A stretch of DNA of 7,986 nt from Azolla caroliniana (GCA_043228905.1 JBHGNT010001467.1:1-7986), one strand, 5' to 3'. Counted from the first letter of the stretch, positions 1-7,015 are shown. The notes: generated by a model not told the origin, from the letters alone. A program made the numbers and translations.

Positions 1-855
1 CTACGCTACTTTCTTGGAATTGAGGTAGCTCGTGGAGCAGAAGGAGTTGTTCTATCTCAGCGAAAATATGTACTTGATCTTCTCAAAGAAACTGGAATGT
101 TGGGTTGTAGGCCTGTAGCTTCTCCAATCGACCAAAAGATCAAGCTAACTGAACTTGCGGGAGAGAAAGTTGATCGTGAAAGGTATCAAAGATTGGTAGG
201 TCGGCTGATTTATTTGACCCACACCCGTCCAGATATCTCATTTGCAGTAAGTGTGGTAAGTCGCTACATGCATGATCCGAGGAAAGATCATATGGATGCA
301 GTGTACCATATTCTGAGATATCTCAAAGGTGCCCCAGGGAAGGGATTAATCTTCAGAAAACATGGTCATTTTAACATTGAGGGCTATTGTGATTCTGATT
401 GGGCCAGTTGTGCTGATGACAGAAAATCCACATCAGGATACTGCATGTTTGTTGGAGGCAATCTAGTCTCTTGGAAGAGTAAGAAACAGTCAGTAGTAGC
501 AAGGTCAACAGCTGAAGCAGAGTATAGAGCTATTGCTATAGGAGTTGCGGAGATGTTATGGCTGCGAACTCTCCTAGTAGAACTAAAGGTGAATCAAGAA
601 AATCAGATGATGTTGTGGTGTGACAATAAGTCAGCAATCAGCATTGCCAACAATCCGGTACAGCACGATAGGACCAAACACATCGAAATCGACAGGTTCT
701 TTATCAAAGAAAAGCTTGATAATGGAATATTAAAATTGAGTCATGTTTCTACTGAACATCAAGTAGCAGATTGTCTTACAAAGGGACTTGGGCCAGTAAG
801 TCTTACTAGATTGTGTGACAAGATGGGCTTAGTGGATATTTTTCACCCATCTTGA
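1..855 (+). CDS. pol: Ty1/copia pol, 5'-partial: C-terminal reverse transcriptase + RNase H
   Basis: Frame is open from base 1 (LRYFLGIEVARGAEGVVLSQRKYVLDLLKETG-MLGCRP...) to TGA at 853-855. Copia motifs: YFLGIEV, YQRLVGRLIYL, TRPDISFAV, RNase H YCDSDWA...RKSTSGY, SWKSKKQSVVARSTAEAEYRA, CDNKSAI, HDRTKHIEID, QVADCLTK. The ATG at 97 is internal. Confidence 0.97.
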   Translation, partial: LRYFLGIEVARGAEGVVLSQRKYVLDLLKETGMLGCRPVASPIDQKIKLTELAGEKVDRERYQRLVGRLIYLTHTRPDISFAVSVVSRYMHDPRKDHMDAVYHILRYLKGAPGKGLIFRKHGHFNIEGYCDSDWASCADDRKSTSGYCMFVGGNLVSWKSKKQSVVARSTAEAEYRAIAIGVAEMLWLRTLLVELKVNQENQMMLWCDNKSAISIANNPVQHDRTKHIEIDRFFIKEKLDNGILKLSHVSTEHQVADCLTKGLGPVSLTRLCDKMGLVDIFHPS

Positions 856-862
856 GGGGGAG
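854..862 (+). other. Polypurine tract (plus-strand primer)
   Basis: GAGGGGGAG directly before the TG at 863. Confidence 0.9.
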
Positions 863-1029
863 TGTTGAGAATGTTTAAAAGTTGTAACGGCTAGCCCAAC
901 GGCTAGTTAGTTCCAACAGCTAGTTAGCCCAACGGCCAGATCTTGGCCTTTATAAAGAGGGACTTCTCCTCATGTAAATATAAGAGATCTCTGTATTTTC
1001 TCCCTCCAACGAATGTATATTACAGAACA
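863..1029 (+). repeat. 3' LTR of the copia element (start firm, end inferred)
   Basis: Begins TGTT at 863. The matching terminal AACA is at 1026-1029, shortly before LINE-derived sequence (1054). TATAAA at 951-956. Candidate TSD GATGT at 1030-1034. The 5' LTR is outside the window, so the end cannot be confirmed. Confidence 0.7.
883..956 (+). promoter_or_regulatory. LTR U3 promoter: four MSA-like (MYB3R-type) motifs followed by a TATA box
   Basis: CCCAACGGCTA 895-905 and CCCAACGGCCA 928-938 match YCYAACGGYYA exactly. TGTAACGGCTA 883-893 and TCCAACAGCTA 912-922 have one mismatch each. TATAAA at 951-956. Confidence 0.6.
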
Positions 1030-1053
1030 GATGTGCTTTCTCATATTTCTTTA

Positions 1054-2085
1054 GATACCTGCTAGGCATGCTCCCGAACCGCTGAATCTCTCTATGTAGT
1101 GTGATACCTCATCTATATAGAGTCCATAGAGAGGGCATCCTTGTTTTACTCCAATTGTACTAGCCACAGCCTCTGAAAGCCCATTGGGAGATCACATCTT
1201 TCATGATAAGGCTTCATACAGTGCATAGATTCCTCATTGCATATGTATAGGGATACCATGGGCTTCTTGTCATTGCATTAGCCGAGTGTGGCACAATATC
1301 GAAGGCTTTTCGGAAATCCAGAAAACAGCAATAGATCCTCTTACGATGGGTCTCCTAATGTACAGATCAAGACGAAAATCATAAGTAGTTCATAATCGAG
1401 GGTTCGGGACGGGGTGGTGAACATGCCTTCGATAAGGGTTTGGCAGTTCATAATGGAGAGTTCGGGATGGGGTGGAGAACATGCCTTCGATAAGGGTTTG
1501 GTGGTCAATATGTGATTCAAAGTTGTGAGGCCCTTCTAGAAGCCCGCCTTTCTAGCTTAATGCTAGCCATTTCTCTGTCCACATGGTAATATTTGATTCT
1601 AGGGATATAATTTAGCCAAGTAATGGCCAATCATGATTGTCCTATAATTGCTTGGCATTGTGGGGTCTCCACTCTTGAAGATTGGCACAATGGTATGTTT
1701 TGTCCAGCTAGTAGTGAAACCTTCACACATAGCTCTTATAAAGATGTGTGCTAGCAATGGAAGCAAGCTGTTATAGACATAGATAAAGTATGTCATTCTA
1801 GCATGTCATTGTATATTTCACAACTATACACATTCTCCTTGGTAAATGGCTATGTAGCGAGCTCACTTTCCTTCTCAGCATGTACTTTGTGGATCCATCC
1901 TTTACCCCAAAGCTAGATAAGCATGGTCTGCAGCAAAGCCAATAGGTCTTCTAGGGATAGTGAACTTTGTTATTTTGGGTATAAGAGATGCAGATCCCAT
2001 CAAGTAATCAACTATGTTTGCACCTCCTTTTGGGTTCCAACATGTCAAAGCATATGATTTGGGCCATTGTGACAACCATAGATTG
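1054..2085 (-). mobile_element. Decayed LINE ORF2 fragment: APE endonuclease C-terminus + N-terminal half of RT
   Basis: Minus-strand translation across stops and frameshifts. APE: LSQWPKSYALTCWNPKGGANIVDYLMGS...PIGFAADHAYL (~2075-1910; VDY 2004-2012, DH 1923-1928). RT: WTKHTIVPIFKSGDPTMPSNYRTIMIG, KAGF*KGLTTLNHIL, YCCFLDFRKAFD (1298-1333), GVKQGCPL-YGLYIDE (1129-1152 and on), ending at ACLAGI* (1054) just before the expected YADD. Confidence 0.9.
1387..1501. repeat. Tandem duplication, 2 x 57 bp (period 58), inside the LINE RT
   Basis: 1387-1443 vs 1445-1501: AGTTCATAAT(C/G)GAG(G/A)GTTCGGGA(C/T)GGGGTGG(T/A)GAACATGCCTTCGATAAGGGTTTGG, 4 mismatches. Confidence 0.95.
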
Positions 2086-2111
2086 ACACATGCGTGATAA
2101 TCACAAACTGA

Positions 2112-2411
2112 AGGTTTGCACCTCTAGAAAAATCACCATATTTGCCATTATACAATGCTATTGTAATAATATGAAGGATGAGCAAACAACTTTGTTTGAT
2201 ACAAGTGGTGCCATATGTTGGAGGAATTGTAATTGAAGGACCAAACTGCCTTATATATGCCTGTGACAACTTGGTCCTGCTCTTGGCACACATGTTAAAG
2301 AGGGCTGTGTAAAAAGTTTCTCTTGGATTTCTGACAAAGTGTACAATTTTATTGATCTTCAAGAGTAGAGATCCCATGGTACCGAGCAACTATAGGACAG
2401 ACATGATTGGC
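2112..2411 (+). mobile_element. Second decayed LINE ORF2 fragment, opposite orientation (probable mid-APE piece + start of RT)
   Basis: 2247-2411 reads CLIYACDNLVLLLAHMLKRAV*KVSLGFLTKCTILLIFKSRDPMVPSNYRTDMIG, ungapped and 28/55 identical to the minus-strand peptide at 1790-1626. 2112-2230 reads RFAPLEKSPYLPLYNAI / KDEQTTLFDTS, which resembles the APE region around GDFN (less certain). Confidence 0.8.
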
Positions 2412-2462
2412 CCTTAGTAAAAACTTAATGGCTTGATCATAGTCAGAATTTAGTGCATGAGT

Positions 2463-3321
2463 AGAAAGAAAGAAAGACATATCAATGTCTTCTAAGAGGC
2501 CAAAATGGCTTGTAAGACCAAACAAGAGATTACATCTTTGAGCACAACAAACCAAAATTTGACAAAGAAATCTTTGAGCACAATAAATTTGCCCAAGGAA
2601 TCCTGGTATCTATACATGCAAGATTCTCAAATCACATAGATTGTAATTTGTTTTGAAAGATTTCTAACATAGATCAATCCAGAATGGAGAGATCTTTGAA
2701 GCTAGGGAAGCACTGGCAATGGTGGGATATAATGACTTTTATCTATCTATGACAAGGGTGGTAAGATCGTGGTCTAGAAGACCGTGGGTATGCACACAAC
2801 AATTGATATTGTCCGATCCATTGTAATCCTTTTGCAATGTTTGAGCAAGAAGCCCACTCATGTAGCCTTTTCATTGACTTATACCATGAGTAGGAGTGAT
2901 GGAGCTAAAGAAAGTTGTGATTCTTCTTTTGTTAATGAGTTTGGGTGGTGGTCCTTCAGCAACTTCTCCCTATGTCTCTTGAGTTCTAGCAAGAACAGCC
3001 CCAAGCACCATTGGTCCTCATATTCCATTACCTTGCATAGTGGGCCAAACCCTTGGTTAAAGGGGCAATTGTATCTCCCTCTTATTTCATAAAAAACAAT
3101 ACATCAAATTCTACTCCCTAATCAGACAATTGGCAGATTCTTTCTTCTAGAGGTTTGCACATATATCCTTACCTCAATCTCTAACTGATGTGAAGAGGTC
3201 CACAACTGCCCTATCACAGTGCACACAATAGATGTATCTCCATATTAGAGGGCCTGATGATGAATCCATCCACCAATTTGAGTAAAAAGTGTGCCTTATA
3301 GTAGGCCATTTTCCTACTAAG
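2463..3321 (-). mobile_element. 5'-truncated LINE: ORF2 C-terminal (CCHC-type) domain, 3' UTR and (TTTC)n tail
   Basis: Minus strand: KMAYYKAHFL...IGQLWTSSHQLEIEV...PLEERICQL...VE..CIVFYEIRGRYNCPFNQGFGPLCKVMEYEDQWCLGLFLLELKRHREKLLK. Then the shared 3' segment homologous to 3408-3785 and 5907-6374, ending in (AAAG)3 on + at 2465-2476. Confidence 0.88.
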
Positions 3322-3407
3322 AATAGAATAAATATTTTATCGTCCATGATGAGGATAAATTTGATCTATGGGACCAAATCAACGTATCTTGTATGTGACT
3401 CCTTCCT

Positions 3408-4363
3408 AAAGAAAGAAAGAAAGAAAGATAGATATATTAACGCCTTTTAAGAGGCCAAAATGGCCTATAAGACCAAATAAGAGATTACATCTTAAGTGTT
3501 GTCTCGTGTTTGAGAACAAATCAAAATAAAATAAATATTACACAGTAAATATAAAAGTAAATAACATGAAAAGAAAAGAAATGAGGGAATCTGGTTTTTG
3601 GCACATGTGAGATCCTCAAGTTAGGTATATTGTAGCTTTTGTCTTCGAAAAATCTCTAGCATAGGTCGATCCAGAATGGAAATGTCTCCGAAGCGAGGGA
3701 AGCACCTACGATGGCGGGAGATAATGGCTTTTATCTGTCGATGACCAGGGTGTTGAGGTCGTGGTTCATGGGTCTGGGGTCTAAGAAGGGGCTTACTACT
3801 CTGTAGTAAAAACTCTCAATGTAAATAATTCATGCACATATGTGCTCACCCTTCTTGGTGGAAATTTGAGTATGACACTCACATTATCATGCCTGTCTAA
3901 CAAGTCATCATATTTCTCATGAATTACCTTATAAGTTGAGTACTACGTTTTCATTGCATACCTTGCATATCTTCATGTTTGTGTGATGATTCCAGGATGC
4001 TATCTCAACACTTAGCTTGTGTGAGAGAGTTCAAAGAAGTGTTAAGGCTCTCCGAGAGCCACGGGTCATGGGTGTACTTATGTGATTGGATACTTTTTGG
4101 CATTTTTTCTTTGTATTGGGGTCTATAGGGTTAATACATGCCACTCCCGCTCAACCAATATTACTTATAGTGTGGGGCCATATAGATTTTATGATATAGC
4201 CATCAATATTACGTATACGCTTAGCTTCATGTTTGCAAGTTTCAGTGAGAAATATTATATCTGCATTGTTAGCTATATCATGTAATTCCAAGCCTTTATT
4301 CCACGGATATCCTCGACAATTCCAAAATGTGATTTTCAAAATTGAGGCAGTCCCATTGGTCAC
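3408..4363 (-). mobile_element. Internally deleted LINE derivative: APE N-terminus joined to a C-terminal zinc-knuckle domain, then shared 3' end with (TTTC)5 tail
   Basis: 4363-4133: ITFWNCRG...DIIFLTET...G*AGVACI (APE motifs). Directly followed by ISTPMTRGSRRALTLL*TLSHKLSVEIASW...KICKVCNENVV / STYKVIHEKYDDLL...PPRRVSTYVHELF (~4085-3820). Then the family 3' segment 3785-3428 and (AAAG)5 on + at 3408-3427. Confidence 0.85.
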
Positions 4364-4471
4364 ACTTGCTATGGATTTTGAGCTCCTTTTTTAGTTGCAT
4401 AGGCTTTCCTTCTTTGATCTCATCGTCCAAGACCTATCTAATTCAAAAGTGAACACTCCTTTTGTGACAAG

Positions 4472-4675
4472 TCAAGGGCCATACAAATAGTTCTTAGTAG
4501 AACATTCAAAATTGGCGACCCTAGATTGGGCAATTGCAACATGTATGCGTAGGGCCACCTCTAGTATCCCTTGAACCCAAGGTGCTTCCCTAGCTCCAAA
4601 GGCCTCTTTGTCTTGGATTGACCATGCTGGAAGTCTTTGAAAGGCAGAGCTTTCAGTACATTTAAGCTCACAATA
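4472..4675 (-). pseudogene. Possible LINE ORF1 remnant upstream of the APE start
   Basis: ATG-less, stop-free stretch of 67 codons (YCELKCTESSAFQRLPAWSIQDKEAFGAREAPWVQGILEVALRIHVAIAQSRVANFEC...), same strand and just 5' of ORF2. No motif recognised. Confidence 0.35.
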
Positions 4676-5033
4676 TTAGGTGCTTAGCTAATAGGGATAT
4701 CTGTTACCTTAGGCAGTTTTACTAATCTCGTTATACTTATTTTAGTTTGTTGTTCTTGAAGATAAGACAACATTGTAAGATGCAATCTCTTGTTCAGTCC
4801 CAGTCCATTTTAGTCTCTTAAAAAACTGTAATATATATTGTCTTTCTTTTTCATTTTAAAATTTGAAGTCCTGAATAAGCTTTCTTATAATTTATAAAGG
4901 TATATATACGGGAGTAATGTTTGCATCTGTCTCATTTCTGAAGATATTATTATACTCTAGTGTGTATATTATTTTAGATCATATCTGTCTTCATAGCAGA
5001 TTTACATTCTAGCATCAAACTTGACTATTACAG

Positions 5034-5308
5034 ATCTTAAAGGAAGAGGTTCATGACCTACTTGATCCAAATGCTTCAGTTATGAGCCGGTCAGAAACTT
5101 CAAATGGGTTAGGTTTTTTCATGGGAAGTTACAAGAATGCATCGACCATTAAGCCTTCCATACAAATTCGTGAGACTACCAATGGGGATATTATGCTCTC
5201 AGGTGTTAGGGAAATTGAGGTAAGAAATCTTCAGGAAATGTCTTTATGCTTGCAACAAGGAGCACTTTGCCGTGCAACAGGGAGCACAAACATGAACCCA
5301 TGCTCCAG
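5034..5308 (+). CDS. KIN4: Kinesin-4 family (FRA1/KIN4-like) motor domain, internal exon
   Basis: Acceptor TTACAG| at 5033 with branch-like TTGAC at 5021-5025. Translation ILKEEVHDLLDP...IQIRETTNGDIMLSGV...CLQQGALCRATGSTNMNPCS(S). Donor AG|GTGAT at 5309. 275 nt, ends in phase 2. Paralog not determined. Confidence 0.92.
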
Positions 5309-5668
5309 GTGATCCCCCTTATTATTATTATGATTATTTTTGTAATAAAGTTATATTACTAATGGAAACCATGTTCCATGTTAACATTGAACTGTTAAAA
5401 AAAAGATTTAAACCTTTATTATTTCAATCAATAAATGATGTCTACAAGTTAATATTGGGCTTCATATTCAAGGTTTTATAGATATATCATTTGTGGTTGC
5501 TATATAATGTGGATTGAAATTGGACCCAAGAACAATTGGATCTACCATATTCTTTGTAGTGTGAATTGATCTTGTTATTTATAGGAAATAGCATGGCATG
5601 GGTTTCTCTTTGTAGCAGTCCATTCATGGTAGAATTAACAGTGGATTGCCTTTTCTAAACAGAAAATT

Positions 5669-5906
5669 GATCTTTCGAAGACAAAAGCTACAATATACCT
5701 AACTTGAGAATCTCACATGTGCCAAAAACCAGATTCCCTCATTTCTTTTCTTTTCATGTTATTTACTTTTATATTTACTGTGTAATATTTAATTTATTTT
5801 GATTTGTTCTCAAACACGAGACAACACTTAAGATGTAATCTCTTATTTGGTCTTATAGGCCATTTTGGCCTCTTAAAAGACGTTAATATATCTTTCTTTC
5901 TTCTTT
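5669..5906 (+). mobile_element. Short LINE 3'-end copy with TTTC-type tail
   Basis: 5673-5893 equals the reverse complement of 3430-3650 with 3 substitutions and no indels. Tail TCTTTCTTTCTTCTTT. Confidence 0.92.
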
Positions 5907-6374
5907 CTACTAATGCTACAAGACAATCAAGGGCTACACAAATGGGCTCCCAACCAGGTCATAACAAAGGGGTTACAATAGATCGGGAATAGCAATTTGT
6001 CATGCACGTAGGCCCCGCCCCCATGGACCATGACCGCACCACCTTGTCATCGACAGATAAAGGCCATTATCTCTCGGCATCGCAGTTGCATCCTTTGTTT
6101 CGGAGACCTCTCCATTCTGGATTGACCTATGCTAGAGAACTTTCGAAGAAAAAAGTTATAATATATCTAACGTGAGAACCTTACATGTGCTGAAAACCTG
6201 ATTCTTTAGTATCTTTTTATCTTACTTACTTTTATATTTACTTAGTAATATTTATTTTATTTTGATTTGTTGTTCTCAAAGACGAGACAACACTTAAGAT
6301 GTAATCTCTTGTTTGGTCTTATAGGCCATGTTCGCCTCTTAAAAGACATTTATAACTCTAACTCTTTCTTTTTC
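5907..6374 (+). mobile_element. LINE 3' fragment (same type as 2463-3321), head-to-tail behind the previous copy
   Basis: 5907-6006 aligns to the reverse complement of ~2790-2895 (CTACT(A/C)ATG(C/G)TA(C/T)AAG(A/T)CAAT...GGCTACA...TTACAAT(A/G)GATCGG). 6007-6350 aligns to the reverse complement of 3785-3440. Degenerate CTTT tail at ~6364-6374. Confidence 0.9.
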
Positions 6375-6624
6375 AAAGTTTTCATTTGTCATCGTCCTCA
6401 TTTCCTAGCTGTACTCTACATTATGGTCATACCAACAACAGTATAATTTGTGAAGAATGGTCGTACAAAATCTTGAGGAATTTAAATCATTATGCATACT
6501 GTTCTAACTTCTTATTAGGAAAATACCATCTCTCATACAATTATTCCTTGATTGGGTATAGATTGTTTCTTTTTCTTGATGATAATTCTTGATGTCAATG
6601 TACCTTTTTGGTTTGTATGTACAG

Positions 6625-6809
6625 TCGGTCACATGCAATATTTACTGTAACATTGGAGCAGAGAAAAAAAATCGATATAGATCTTAAGGAAATTAACACG
6701 AAAGTAGACAATATTGAGGATTTTCTGCGTGCTAAGCTACACTTGGTTGATTTGGCTGGGTCAGAGAGAGCTAAACGAACTGGTGCAGATGGATTACGTT
6801 TTAAAGAAG
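6625..6809 (+). CDS. KIN4: Kinesin-4 motor domain, internal exon (switch I/II)
   Basis: GTACAG| acceptor at 6624. (S)[12 protein letters not shown]...[29 protein letters not shown](G). Donor AAG|GTTTG at 6810. Confidence 0.95.
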
Positions 6810-6890
6810 GTTTGGTTGTTGTCCTCTTTTAAGACTATCTTCTTTGTCTTCATATTTGTTACTTTACAAGGAAGTCCTTTGTTTATTTAG
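6810..6890 (+). other. 81-bp GT-AG intron of the kinesin gene
   Basis: U-rich, GTTTGG...TTTAG. G|GA rebuilds Gly in frame. Confidence 0.92.
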
Positions 6891-7015
6891 GAGTCCATAT
6901 AAACAAAGGCTTGCTAGCGCTTGGAAATGTTATCAGTGCATTGGGTGATGAACGGAAGCGCAAAGAGGGTGGTCATATTCCATATCGGGATAGTAAACTA
7001 ACACGACTACTTCAG
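6891..7015 (+). CDS. KIN4: Kinesin-4 motor domain, internal exon (missed by ORF track)
   Basis: (G)[41 protein letters not shown], the conserved kinesin microtubule-binding region. Homology stops at CAG 7015, followed by GAAATT rather than GT. Confidence 0.92.

Larger units (their letters stand above)
1..1029 (+). mobile_element. 3' portion of a Ty1/copia LTR retrotransposon (short-LTR, Ale/Retrofit-like architecture)
   Basis: pol stop overlaps the PPT (TGAGGGGGAG), immediately followed by the TGTTG LTR start. Stop-in-PPT plus a very short LTR is typical of Ale-type elements (lineage call is inference). Confidence 0.9.
5309..6624 (+). other. GT-AG intron of the kinesin gene containing two LINE 3' fragments
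   Basis: Splicing AG|T rebuilds Ser and restores switch I [12 protein letters not shown]. Confidence 0.9.

Noticed and set aside
1387-1501. Tandem repeat as CRISPR array, tRNA/SINE B-box or telomeric seed (TAAGGGTTT)
   Set aside because: Only two units with no spacers, no A-box or cloverleaf, and AAGGGTTTG is LINE coding sequence (QTL on the minus strand).
2045-2555. Minus-strand ORFs 2045-2389 and 2349-2555
   Set aside because: The first is antisense or off-frame to LINE fragments. The second reads through the LINE 3' UTR and tail. No protein motifs.
2534-2583. 14-bp direct repeat ATCTTTGAGCACAA (2534-2547, 2570-2583)
   Set aside because: Local rearrangement within a decayed LINE 3' UTR; too small to call an insertion with TSD.
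2784-3092. 102-aa plus-strand ORF
   Set aside because: Antisense shadow of the LINE C-terminal coding frame on the minus strand.
4082-4285. 67-aa plus-strand ORF
   Set aside because: Antisense to the APE N-terminus.
2694-4601. 19/20 inverted match between 2694-2713 and 4582-4601
   Set aside because: Does not extend. The better-preserved homolog of 2694-2713 (at ~3687-3706) matches less well, so it is probably a by-product of CpG decay.
4929-4943. GTCTCATTTCTGAAG (VSFLK), resembling the VSFIE end of the missing upstream exon
   Set aside because: No GT donor follows and there is no upstream kinesin homology; treated as chance.
5507-5557. MWIEIGPKNNWIYHILC, faintly APE-like
   Set aside because: Too short, with no flanking motifs to support a call.
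5804-5992. 62-aa ORF similar to the 2349-2555 ORF (RCNLLFGL..HFGLL.D)
   Set aside because: The similarity comes from shared LINE 3' UTR DNA. The ORF has a TTG start and crosses the junction of two insertions.
6386-6592. 68-aa ORF
   Set aside because: AT-rich intron sequence, non-ATG start, no motifs.
5082-6832. ORF-track boundaries 5082-5312 and 6608-6832 as stand-alone genes
   Set aside because: They are exons of one spliced gene. Splice sites give 5034-5308 and 6625-6809.
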